A DNA stretch of 24,661 nucleotides from a virus (taxonomy: Duplodnaviria > Caudoviricetes): the IMG/VR virus record IMGVR_UViG_3300002092_000184, positions 1 through 24,661 of that record. One strand, given 5' to 3'. This document shows positions 7,189-16,272 of this stretch, in pieces. Numbering within the stretch: the first letter of the stretch is position 1; the number at the start of each line of letters is the position of its first letter. The translations under genes were made by a program, and so were the position numbers. The notes under the pieces were generated by a model, which made no database searches, was not told the origin of the DNA, and worked only from the letters and a program-made list of their open reading frames with translations.

Positions 7189-9396
7189 TTAAGTTAATGC
7201 AATCTGAACAGCCGATGTGAACAAGCTGAGACCTTTAGTTAGCTCATAACTTAAAGCAGTTTGCATTATTCCGGTATCATTACTCCATTGATTAAATGTA
7301 CTTTGATTTGGAGTTAAAGTTGTGTAAGGGTCAGACCAATTAATACTATTATTATAGTATGTATTTTCAGGTTTACTATTATATATGTAAAATTTATAAT
7401 AGCTGGATATGTCGGACCCGGATAACGATTGAGGAGCAATTAATCCCCATCCCCAATCATATGAGAATGATGATAAGGGTATAGTATCACCTATATTATA
7501 ACCATTAACACCTGTTGTATTAGTGAGACTATAGATATTAGAAAATAATTCGTACGCAACAATTGGTGAACCGCTTTTAATTATGCCTGTAAACGGTGAA
7601 ATTTCAGCACTTAGATTAGCACCAAGGGTTATATCGGTTACAAAATGAGTTTTATAATTATTAAAATTTGTTGAGAAAGTATTTGGATCTCCCCATAGTG
7701 CTTTTTGTTTTATTGAAAATAAATCAACAAGTCGACGTAACTGCGGTGGGTATGTATAGCTATACTGTTCAAATTGAATTGATAATTCTGTACAAAAAGC
7801 AATAAGTGAATCTATATTAACCTTTTCAATGTTTGCTTTATTCTCAGTAAAATTAGCAATCTTTTCGTAAACTGTTTTACCAAGCTCATACGGATAAGCG
7901 CTAATATCACCGACAATTGTACCTAAGAAATCTGTAAAGAAAATGTCCTTATCGAGTAATGTTTCTTGATATCTTAATGATTTATAAAATCCAGAAGCAT
8001 CCCAATCTTCATTTACCTTAGCAATGTTATATTTACCGCCTGTAGAATAAATGTTAAAAGTGTTAGATAAGCCTGTTATTGTATACGCAGCTGTACCAGG
8101 ATTTACAATTACTACGGATGCTGTTAATACGCAATTCTCAACCGTACTTGTCGATGTAAAATATCCTTTATAAAAACTTCCTATTGATTGTGGTGCTTGT
8201 GGGCTAAAATTTTCAACAAATGTTATACCTTGTACAGGGAATGTTTTACCTGCGCTAAAATATACAATACCTGTTTTTACATCATACGCAGTTAAGCCTG
8301 TTACATTAGAATTTGCTGTAGATGAAGATAACGGAGGGTAATTTTTAGTAGTATAATTAGCTGAATCTTTTAATTTAATTGTATAAGGAATTTGAGTTCC
8401 CTGCCAACAAGCTTGAGGTATATCAAATGTGGTAGCTGAAAGTGTACCTTCACCATCTATACCGGTTGTTGTTATTGATAATTTACTTGCAGGGTTGAAT
8501 GCAATTGCTGATACTGATAAAACAGTAGGTGAGAGATTTTGAAACCCGTAAGGAGGGTAGTCAATATAATTATAGAGATTACGTCTTAACGTAAACGCAT
8601 CATTCATTTTTGTGTTATCAAGAGCTGCAAAAACATATTGTGTTGTTGAAGATGTTTTATCATCAACATAATAAAACATACTATATCCTGTTGTCCCAGC
8701 AAATACACTACCTGTATCGTTTTGACCACAAACCTGTATACTACCATTCTGTATATTAGCGTAAATAGGTGTCTGTGTTGCGGAAACAGAAGACACGACA
8801 ACATATTGTGTTACGTTGTTTAATGTTTCGGGTATTAAAAATTTGTGTAATTGTCTGAGGTGAGCCCAACGATCATTTTCGTATGTAATAAGATTGGTGT
8901 AATCACTATTACTACCTGATGCATAAAGGTAAAGAGTGTATCCACTTGCACTTAGAGCCGGATATGACTGCCAGCTATTATATACATCAACATAAAGTGG
9001 TACATTAACAGCACCGGCGGTAAGGCCTGTTGTAGAGGCTGTACTATTTCTAAACTGAATCTGTGTTGGTACAAAATCTATTACCTGGATCGTTGGTGTA
9101 TATGAACTATCGTATGCCTGACCGTATTGATCAAATACGGTTAGTGTTACTTTATAATTACCTGGAAAGCGGTAGGTATGAGTTGCAGATAAAACGGTTG
9201 ATGATGATCCGTCACCAAAATCCCAATGTAGTGTTTTATTTGATATGCTTTTAGAAGATGATAAAAGCGTAGATGTAGTAAGATCAGGTAAAAAACTTAA
9301 CGGTGTATTATCTAGAGTATAGGTAGAAAGCGTGCTTGTATTAGAAAAGTCACGGATGTCAAAATAAAGATAAGTGTTGTTAACATTTGTCGGCAT
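7189..9396 (-). CDS. PKD-domain virion protein; C-terminal region possibly a gp7-like baseplate wedge module
   Basis: N-terminal PKD signature WDFGDGSSST...HTYRFPGNYKVTLTV, Ser/Thr-rich beta-type middle and helical C-terminal segment. Immediately downstream of gp6. Confidence 0.65.
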   Translation of the reverse strand: MPTNVNNTYLYFDIRDFSNTSTLSTYTLDNTPLSFLPDLTTSTLLSSSKSISNKTLHWDFGDGSSSTVLSATHTYRFPGNYKVTLTVFDQYGQAYDSSYTPTIQVIDFVPTQIQFRNSTASTTGLTAGAVNVPLYVDVYNSWQSYPALSASGYTLYLYASGSNSDYTNLITYENDRWAHLRQLHKFLIPETLNNVTQYVVVSSVSATQTPIYANIQNGSIQVCGQNDTGSVFAGTTGYSMFYYVDDKTSSTTQYVFAALDNTKMNDAFTLRRNLYNYIDYPPYGFQNLSPTVLSVSAIAFNPASKLSITTTGIDGEGTLSATTFDIPQACWQGTQIPYTIKLKDSANYTTKNYPPLSSSTANSNVTGLTAYDVKTGIVYFSAGKTFPVQGITFVENFSPQAPQSIGSFYKGYFTSTSTVENCVLTASVVIVNPGTAAYTITGLSNTFNIYSTGGKYNIAKVNEDWDASGFYKSLRYQETLLDKDIFFTDFLGTIVGDISAYPYELGKTVYEKIANFTENKANIEKVNIDSLIAFCTELSIQFEQYSYTYPPQLRRLVDLFSIKQKALWGDPNTFSTNFNNYKTHFVTDITLGANLSAEISPFTGIIKSGSPIVAYELFSNIYSLTNTTGVNGYNIGDTIPLSSFSYDWGWGLIAPQSLSGSDISSYYKFYIYNSKPENTYYNNSINWSDPYTTLTPNQSTFNQWSNDTGIMQTALSYELTKGLSLFTSAVQIALT

Positions 9397-9400
9397 TTAA

Positions 9401-11263
9401 TTACGCAGTAAGTGATTGAATTGATGGTGTTACAACAGAAATTTTGTTAATAAAGTTTGAAGCATTGTTAAGATACGGAAACTTAAAATACGGAAGCTGA
9501 GTATCTTGGCTTATGATAGATACATCATTAAAGGGATACACGGGGTTATACGCGATAAAGCTTATGCCTGGTGTAGTGTATGTAACACCGCTAACCGTAG
9601 TTATTGTTTCAATTTTATTAATATCACCGAGCTGTAAAATTTGATTTGAAAGTTCAGTCGTACTGACTAATAAACCTAAATTATTATTTACAAGTGAAAA
9701 ATAATTTATGAATATATTAGCAACGAGCTGTTGTAATGCTTGTGCGTTTTTCTTAGATGTAATTGAGCTTGTAATAACTAATGATGATGCATTAGTTATG
9801 ACAGATGGATCTAAAGGAGTGAGCGGTGTTTGTACACCGAGATCAAATTCTACATATACAGGATCATTAATAATAACCTCAGTAGTAGTTAATTTTGTAG
9901 ACTGTAAGTCATTAATAATTAATTGCTTTTGAGTTGAATTAAGATAATTGGCTCTTGTTGTTAGTGAGGATGATTTTTGTAATCTCGGTACTGCGTAAAT
10001 ATAGACATTATTAAAGTTCGTTGAATCGGCATATTTAACCTGGTTAAATAATACTCTTGATTCGCTATTTGGAGCTGTAACGCCGAGGTCGAAATAATAC
10101 TTTAAATGACCTTGAATATAATCCCAGTTATTAACAACTTGTGTGGATGAGATAATATTGCTATAATTTTGATTTATATAATTATTAAAATCTTCTGCAG
10201 TAATTAATCTATATTGACTCTTAAATGTATTGCTTGAATTATTTTTAATACTGTCAACCGACTCTCGATCAACATAAGGTGTTGAGGGTTCAGTGTTTGT
10301 AAAGGTTAATTGACTGCTTTGAGTTGCTGTAATTAACTGTAAATTAACAGGTGTTGTATCTGCTTGAATAACATTAAACTGTGCTGTACTATAGAGAAAG
10401 AGTTTATTATTATTCAATATACCGGGCCCGACTTCTCCTTTTTTTCCATCTGATTGTAAATAATAAACTGCAACCTCATCATTTAAGCTAAGTTGTTTAC
10501 CGTTTATATTATTACCAAATTTAATTTCATATCTGCCATTTTCGTTAAGTCTTATTTCATACTTTGTAGCGTTTGAGCGCTCAAGGAATAATGATTGAGT
10601 TGGTAACCACTTAACCCAAACAGGTGTTGTTTGGGTATTGTCTCTCACATAAACATCAATACTAAAATGATCAATAATTACATTTGTATTAGCGGGGGTT
10701 ACAATTGTTAATGTAAGTATTTCAAATGGTGATCCGTTAGCTGTATATTTTGGATATTCGGTAAATTTACCTTGGTATAATAAGTTGTCTTCTTGAAGAC
10801 TAGCTAATACCTCTTTATTATTTGTAGCTTTTAAAAATGTAACATCCTTATTAAAGCTGTAATTCGTGCCGTTACATGTAAAATAGCTATAACGAGGAAT
10901 CGTGTATGTACCAGCTGGTAGGTTTGCTCCAGCTGATGATTGAAAAGATAAAATTGCAGACTGTGAACCAATAGGCTTATAACCAATCAACTTTACAATC
11001 TTGTTTACATTTTCGTATAACTCAGCAGTAGTAAAGGTACTCTCTGCACCTGTTCTGTTCAAATAAAACAAAAGAACGTGATATGAATATGCAATTATAT
11101 CAATAATTGAAGACATATTACTACCTTCAAAATTTTGATCAGTAATAATATTTCCAGCATTAAGTCTGTTTATTATGAGACTCTTTAAGCTCAAAGCATC
11201 AAAGGCTGCGTAGCCGTCAGGAGCTAATGTAAAATCGTTAAATTGTTGTTGTGAGTTAGCCAT
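9401..11263 (-). CDS. gp6: Baseplate wedge protein (gp6-like)
   Basis: FDALSLKSLI, DQNFEGSNMSSIIDIIAY, ESTFTTAEL, VKLIGYKP, YEIKFGNNINGKQL, YLQSDGKKG, ESVDSIK...QYRLITAEDF. Confidence 0.93.
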   Translation of the reverse strand: MANSQQQFNDFTLAPDGYAAFDALSLKSLIINRLNAGNIITDQNFEGSNMSSIIDIIAYSYHVLLFYLNRTGAESTFTTAELYENVNKIVKLIGYKPIGSQSAILSFQSSAGANLPAGTYTIPRYSYFTCNGTNYSFNKDVTFLKATNNKEVLASLQEDNLLYQGKFTEYPKYTANGSPFEILTLTIVTPANTNVIIDHFSIDVYVRDNTQTTPVWVKWLPTQSLFLERSNATKYEIRLNENGRYEIKFGNNINGKQLSLNDEVAVYYLQSDGKKGEVGPGILNNNKLFLYSTAQFNVIQADTTPVNLQLITATQSSQLTFTNTEPSTPYVDRESVDSIKNNSSNTFKSQYRLITAEDFNNYINQNYSNIISSTQVVNNWDYIQGHLKYYFDLGVTAPNSESRVLFNQVKYADSTNFNNVYIYAVPRLQKSSSLTTRANYLNSTQKQLIINDLQSTKLTTTEVIINDPVYVEFDLGVQTPLTPLDPSVITNASSLVITSSITSKKNAQALQQLVANIFINYFSLVNNNLGLLVSTTELSNQILQLGDINKIETITTVSGVTYTTPGISFIAYNPVYPFNDVSIISQDTQLPYFKFPYLNNASNFINKISVVTPSIQSLTA

Positions 11264-11267
11264 AGGT

Positions 11268-11744
11268 TTAACTTAAATAGAATCCTGAATTACTTAATAC
11301 TCCTACTAGCTGGAAGCTAGAGTTATTAAGGGTTGGTACATTGATAACAATTGTAATGTCATAGCTTTGATCTTCAATTTGAGGTATAACGCGAATTTTT
11401 GTTAATGTTACTCTTGGTTCAAATGTTGTTATACCTGTTTGAATTGCCTGTCCAATAACTTGTGCCGTGTATTCATCGCACGGTTCAAAGATGTATTGTA
11501 CTAAATTAATACCAAAGAACGGGTTAAGAATCTTTTGACCAGGTATAGTAAGAAATAAGTTAACTATAGCGTTTTTAATAGCACCAAGATCGTAATCCAA
11601 AACCAAATCCTTTATTTCAGGAGTACGTAGTAATTCGTTATTTTGTGTATACTGATATTTGAGATCCAAATGAAGATCAGAATAGGTGAAATTACTCGTA
11701 GTTAGCTGTGGTTTAGCTAGTGATTGAAGTTTAATAGTGGCCAC
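11268..11744 (-). CDS. gp25: Baseplate wedge protein (gp25-like)
   Basis: YSDLHLD, AIKNAIVNLFLTIPGQKILNPFFGINLVQYIFEP, ITTFEPRV. GTG start. Confidence 0.94.
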   Translation of the reverse strand: MATIKLQSLAKPQLTTSNFTYSDLHLDLKYQYTQNNELLRTPEIKDLVLDYDLGAIKNAIVNLFLTIPGQKILNPFFGINLVQYIFEPCDEYTAQVIGQAIQTGITTFEPRVTLTKIRVIPQIEDQSYDITIVINVPTLNNSSFQLVGVLSNSGFYLS

Positions 11745-11749
11745 ATAAG

Positions 11750-11757
11750 TATTTATT
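11750..11757 (-). promoter_or_regulatory. Late promoter AATAAATA (gp25-gp6 operon)
   Basis: 5 nt before GTG. Confidence 0.65.
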
Positions 11758-11791
11758 AAATTATAACTCTTTCAAAAATAATTTATAACGC

Positions 11792-11807
11792 CATAAATAT
11801 ATAAATA
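11792..11807 (+). promoter_or_regulatory. Tandem late promoter boxes CATAAATA-TATAAATA
   Basis: The second box is a perfect consensus 6 nt before ATG 11814. Divergent from the gp25 promoter. Confidence 0.7.
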
Positions 11808-11813
11808 ATTACA

Positions 11814-12419
11814 ATGAATAAAAGATTCCTTAAACTCTACGAAAGCACGATCGGACGTTATAATCGTGGTGGTTTCCTTGTTAGTGATATCGTGACATTT
11901 GTAAAGAATGCACTCAAGCATGACTTCCTCAAGACACAAAATGAGGACGTAGCAGCGCGTATTAAGGAATATATTGAGTCAGGTGATACTCTTAGAGTTA
12001 TTAATATTGTTAATAATGCACCTCCAGTTATGGGTGCTAATAACACTGACAACGGTGGACCTGATTTTACAATTGAAGTTGGTAAAGAGACAGCTCCTGG
12101 ACGCTTTGAACCAAGTGGTATTTTAGTACATCCTACAATGCTTGTTCGTGTAGATGCATATCCTAATCTTACACCTGTTCCAGATAAGGTTAAGAGAAAA
12201 GAGAAGATCGATATTAAGCCGGTAGCAGTAAAAGATGAGGAAGGAGAAGAAGTTCCTTTTTATACTCCTAAGCTCAATACAAGACGTTCAGACGTTCATG
12301 GTAAAATGGAAGCTGGTGATAGAGTACTTAACAATGTTAATGTTAAGATCCCATCAGGCACAAATGCTATTGATAAAGATCCTGCTTCTTATACAGCAAG
12401 ATATCTCCCTAAAGCTTAA
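11814..12419 (+). CDS. Hypothetical late protein, possibly an internal head protein
   Basis: 201 aa ORF preceded by tandem CATAAATA/TATAAATA boxes. The N-terminus MNKRFLKLYE|S resembles a capsid-targeting leader. Confidence 0.7.
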   Translation: MNKRFLKLYESTIGRYNRGGFLVSDIVTFVKNALKHDFLKTQNEDVAARIKEYIESGDTLRVINIVNNAPPVMGANNTDNGGPDFTIEVGKETAPGRFEPSGILVHPTMLVRVDAYPNLTPVPDKVKRKEKIDIKPVAVKDEEGEEVPFYTPKLNTRRSDVHGKMEAGDRVLNNVNVKIPSGTNAIDKDPASYTARYLPKA

Positions 12420-13341
12420 AGTCAGCTAAGCTTATTAGGCATGTATAACAATTGATCTCCTGATCAATTACGAAACTGCTCCTGTAAATAAACTCTGATA
12501 CTGTAAGCAGATAAAATTTCTTTAAATCAATATTCGTCTCGTTGCTATCGATATAGTTAAAAAGATTACGAAGTAGAGAAATATAATCAGAGTTAAATGT
12601 ATGTTCGCTTTTAATTAAAGCTTCACGAATATTAGCTACATTCTTCTTCTTAACTTCACCGTAAATCAATTCGAGCACCTTATCATTCTTTGTATCAACA
12701 AGCATTAACTTACCGGAGGATGAGAATTTTTGTAACTCATTAATACACTTACGAAAATCAGGGTAGTTAGCTTTAATGAACTCTACTAACTTGACCTTTT
12801 GATCATCACCGATAGTAACTCCTTCCTGCCTAAGAATAACAGCACATCTCTTAACTACCTGGTCAATAGGCGGTGTGAGATCTAAGCTCTGACATCTGCT
12901 CTGTAGAGCTGGAATAACTCTATATTTGTAATTCGCTGTAAGAATAAAGCGAGTAATCATAGCATACTCTTCCATTGTATTACGGAGGGCACGTTGAGCG
13001 TCAATACTCAAACCATCTGTCTCATCAAGAATAATTACTTTTACCTTACCATCAATACTCTTAGTCTGTGCGAAATTAGTAACTTTATTTCTAATTGTAT
13101 CAATACCATTTTCGTCCGATGCATTAATATACAGATATTGACAACCAAGAATATCATTAACAATAATCTTAGCAAGAGAGGTCTTACCTAGCCCGGGAGT
13201 GCCAATAAATAAAAGGTTAGGAATCTCTTCCTTAGACCTGAAAGATTCAATGAGCGTTTTTACGGACTCTGTACCGATAAAATCAGATAGAGTTTTCGGG
13301 CGGTATTTTTCAACCCACAAATTAGAGAAATCGTAACTCAT
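12409..13341 (-). CDS. gp44: Clamp loader AAA+ ATPase subunit (gp44 / RFC small subunit-like)
   Basis: LWVEKYRP, Walker A GTPGLGKT, INASDENGID, Walker B IILDETD, AQRALR, SRC motif, YPDFRKCINELQ. Confidence 0.96.
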   Translation of the reverse strand: MSYDFSNLWVEKYRPKTLSDFIGTESVKTLIESFRSKEEIPNLLFIGTPGLGKTSLAKIIVNDILGCQYLYINASDENGIDTIRNKVTNFAQTKSIDGKVKVIILDETDGLSIDAQRALRNTMEEYAMITRFILTANYKYRVIPALQSRCQSLDLTPPIDQVVKRCAVILRQEGVTIGDDQKVKLVEFIKANYPDFRKCINELQKFSSSGKLMLVDTKNDKVLELIYGEVKKKNVANIREALIKSEHTFNSDYISLLRNLFNYIDSNETNIDLKKFYLLTVSEFIYRSSFVIDQEINCYTCLISLADFKL

Positions 13342-13802
13342 TATTTGCCGGATGAACCAAACCCCTTCTCTCCGCGTGCAGATGCTTCAACTGTACCCCA
13401 ATCAACATGCATATGAATGTTCATATAGATAACAAATTGTGCAATTCTATCTCCAACCTTAACTTCATAATCTGTATCAGAATTATTATAAAGCTTAATA
13501 CCTGCATCACCTCTATACCCGTTATCAATAATACCGGGATGAGCTGAAACACCATACTTAAAACCAAGTCCACTACGAGATTCAACCTTAACCCAATACC
13601 CTTCGGGGATATGTGCAAACTTTAAACCAACACCAACAATCGCGCTTCCTTTTGCAGGAATGACCTTATCCTCAACACTATATACATCGTATCCTGTATC
13701 AGATTCGTTGTTCTTTGTTGGAAGTTTAGCATGTTCATCAGTCTTTTCAAACTTAAGAATTGGAAGATAAATTAAATTAGGGTCAATGTCTGGACTACTC
13801 AT
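13341..13802 (-). CDS. dut: Trimeric dUTPase
   Basis: Motifs GYDV, RSGLG, GIIDNGYRG, GDRIAQ, RGEKGFGSSG. Start reassigned to ATG at 13802 (MSSPDIDP). Its stop overlaps the gp44 start (TAATG). Confidence 0.96.
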   Translation of the reverse strand: MSSPDIDPNLIYLPILKFEKTDEHAKLPTKNNESDTGYDVYSVEDKVIPAKGSAIVGVGLKFAHIPEGYWVKVESRSGLGFKYGVSAHPGIIDNGYRGDAGIKLYNNSDTDYEVKVGDRIAQFVIYMNIHMHVDWGTVEASARGEKGFGSSGK

Positions 13803-13809
13803 ACAGCCT

Positions 13810-13837
13810 ATATTAAGATATAGAGCAAAGAAATCAA
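13810..13837 (-). promoter_or_regulatory. Sigma70-like early promoter TTGATT-N16-TAATAT, 7 nt before the dUTPase ATG
   Basis: -35 box at 13837-13832 and -10 box at 13815-13810. No SD sequence. Confidence 0.5.
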
Positions 13838-13865
13838 CACTTGATAAGTAATTAAACATAAAATA

Positions 13866-14333
13866 ATGAATGACGAAGTACAAAACATTGTCGGATCACT
13901 TATCGATCAATTGCAAGACACCAATCAGAGAGCTGAAAAAATTAAAACCGAACGCAACCCCCTTAAGAAAGAGGACCTTGAAAAATTTGTTATCGAAAGA
14001 GGTGGTGAGCTTATTGAGGATGCTCTCGAGATGGTTGCTACAGTAAAGGATTTCATTATATCAGCTCCGAATGCTGAAGATGTAGATGCTTTAGCTGGAT
14101 TAATTAACGCAACATCAGCTGCAATGGATACTCTCAACAAGATTAACATTGCTGATAAAAAGACTGATACATCCGTCAAGTTAAAGACAATGGATATTGA
14201 ATCAAAGAAAGAATTACTTCAAGCTGATAACACCCAACGTGTACTAGCTACAAGAGAAGAAATTCTTAAAATGCTTGTTGATAAATCAAAGCCCATAGAG
14301 GCTGAGATTATAGAGAATAAAAGAATTGATTAA
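13866..14333 (+). CDS. Putative terminase small subunit (gp16-like)
   Basis: 155 aa with helical core ELIEDALEMV...APNAEDVDALAGLINATSAAMDTLNKI and C-terminal VLATREEILKML. This parallels the T4-like gp16 pattern (PRAYEV..QLI...DKL; FVGST.EL..LL). Confidence 0.6.
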   Translation: MNDEVQNIVGSLIDQLQDTNQRAEKIKTERNPLKKEDLEKFVIERGGELIEDALEMVATVKDFIISAPNAEDVDALAGLINATSAAMDTLNKINIADKKTDTSVKLKTMDIESKKELLQADNTQRVLATREEILKMLVDKSKPIEAEIIENKRID

Positions 14334-16267
14334 GGTACTTTAATATTGCTAAAGGTACTCGTACCTCCTGCTATAGCGGGGGAAGAATTTGATGTTGGTA
14401 CTGGTACAGGTAGTGTACCAGGCGGTATAAGATTTGGCGCATAGCTAGGTAGAGTCATTGTAACACTATTTGTCGGTGATTGATATGCATTAACTGTTGA
14501 TACCTGTGTAGCTGTTCCTTGATAATCTGCAGTCTGGTTTGTAATAATTTGAACCGGTTGTTGAACTGGCAGAATAGCTTCAGCCGATGCAGGTGCTGTT
14601 GGAGGTGGTGGTTGTGGTGCAGCATTAGCAGCTACCACTTCAGCTGCAGCTGTATCAGATTTACCAGATAGGTCATTCTTCTTTGCTGTAGGTCCTGCTT
14701 CACACTTAAAGAACTTATCATACATGGCTTGTAACAATTCATTTGGATCTGGTATTAAATCATTGAGTATTTGTATTAAGTGTTGATAACTAAAGAAGTC
14801 TGCAATTTGCTTTTCTATTTTTTTGATCTCATCTAGAACCTTTTGTTCAAGATCGGTTATTTTTATATTAAAAATGTCACTAAGTGATGGTATTGTAATA
14901 TTTGGTGGTACAAAATTACATGCAAGTTCTTTTGCTTGTTGCTCAAGGGCAATAATACCAGCTATACTTGTAGGTGGACCTGAGGCAGCTGTTGTAGAGG
15001 CTAGGGTAAATATTTTTGTCAATGAACCGAGGGATACAGACGGAAGTTGTGATTGTATATTAAGGGACTTAGATAGAGATGTTACAGCATTCAAAGGATT
15101 AGATGTAATATTACTGAGAGCACCCGTTATTGCTGGTGCACCAGGTATTTGATTTACAGCAGCAAGACCTGTACTTACATATTTGTTACTACCGGCAAAG
15201 TCTTGTAAAGATGGTACACGGCTACCGAGAGCTTGAGTTATAGCATTATTACCTGCATTGAATACAGATTGAGTTAAATCATGCTGACCTATAAATTGAT
15301 TTGCTATTTCTCCTACCTTACCTTGCTTTAGTGTCATTGACTTAGCATTACGATCTCTATTACCTGTTATTGTAACACCAGTGCGAGCAATTTGTGCACT
15401 GTTTAAAGACAATACAATATTTCTTTTATACGGGTTATAATTATTAGTGGATAATTGTTTTTGTAAAAAGTCGATATCTTTGTAAACACCTTCAACATTT
15501 ATTTTTAATGCTATAGGTGATACAAATTGTCTGTTACTATAAGGTTGTTTAGCTTTTGATTGTAAATTATTAAGTGGTTCAACTGGTGCCATCCCTCCAG
15601 CACCTACACCGTTAAAATATTGATCATTAAGTGTAATTAATTGATCCGGTGTAGTGGCTGTTTGAGTTGGATTATATGATTGACCACCTTGAGCGGAACC
15701 AACGCTTTCTTGTGGTGGTGTTACATATTGCGGTACCGATCCGTTTTGAATGCCGGGGTAACTATTATTGATTGTAGATACACCTTTATCTGTAGGTGTA
15801 ACAATAGAAATTGCGTTGTATTTAGCACTATTAATAAATTTGCTAGGGTTATCACTTGCGTTATCGCTCATCCATGAACCGTCACCTGCATAAATCATCG
15901 TATGTCCAGGTCCACCTGTTGATGATTGGAAGCAAAGCACTGTACCAACAGTAGGATTATTAATTTGTGACAATGTTTCAGCGGGTATACTATTCGTAGA
16001 TACAACAGGAGAAGCAGGATTCCAATAACCAGTTTTTGAATATAAATCACGTGAAACAAATGCATTAGCACCTAACGCTGCTGTAACATTTGGATCATTC
16101 GTTAATGCACCAGCAACAGCAGAAGCACCTCTTTCACAATATCCACCATACGTGCCTGGAGCTATACTAACAGGTCGTCCAACTTGATGCGATATGCTCT
16201 GAGCAGCAACAATGACTTTTACTGTATGGTCACTGAGAGGAGTAATAGGAGGTGTAGAGTTAGCCAT
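14330..16267 (-). CDS. Baseplate/tail-associated protein with an N-terminal CHAP/NlpC-P60-like peptidoglycan amidase domain
   Basis: GYC44ERGASAVAGAL...GTVLCFQ...GH122TMIYAGDGSWMSD gives a Cys-His dyad pattern. The rest is low-complexity linker, a helical segment and a Pro-rich tail. Confidence 0.6.
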   Translation of the reverse strand: MANSTPPITPLSDHTVKVIVAAQSISHQVGRPVSIAPGTYGGYCERGASAVAGALTNDPNVTAALGANAFVSRDLYSKTGYWNPASPVVSTNSIPAETLSQINNPTVGTVLCFQSSTGGPGHTMIYAGDGSWMSDNASDNPSKFINSAKYNAISIVTPTDKGVSTINNSYPGIQNGSVPQYVTPPQESVGSAQGGQSYNPTQTATTPDQLITLNDQYFNGVGAGGMAPVEPLNNLQSKAKQPYSNRQFVSPIALKINVEGVYKDIDFLQKQLSTNNYNPYKRNIVLSLNSAQIARTGVTITGNRDRNAKSMTLKQGKVGEIANQFIGQHDLTQSVFNAGNNAITQALGSRVPSLQDFAGSNKYVSTGLAAVNQIPGAPAITGALSNITSNPLNAVTSLSKSLNIQSQLPSVSLGSLTKIFTLASTTAASGPPTSIAGIIALEQQAKELACNFVPPNITIPSLSDIFNIKITDLEQKVLDEIKKIEKQIADFFSYQHLIQILNDLIPDPNELLQAMYDKFFKCEAGPTAKKNDLSGKSDTAAAEVVAANAAPQPPPPTAPASAEAILPVQQPVQIITNQTADYQGTATQVSTVNAYQSPTNSVTMTLPSYAPNLIPPGTLPVPVPTSNSSPAIAGGTSTFSNIKVP

Positions 16268-16272
16268 ATATT

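Noticed and set aside
12409-13341. Archaeal or eukaryotic origin suggested by the RFC-like protein and TATA-like boxes
   Set aside because: The context is a full T4-like structural gene set with peptidoglycan hydrolases. gp44 is naturally RFC-like and TATAAATA is the T4 late promoter.
13803-13883. Longer dUTPase start given in the ORF track (180 aa)
   Set aside because: The extension overlaps the divergent gene at 13866, is not dUTPase-like and contains the promoter-like sequence. ATG at 13802 is more plausible.
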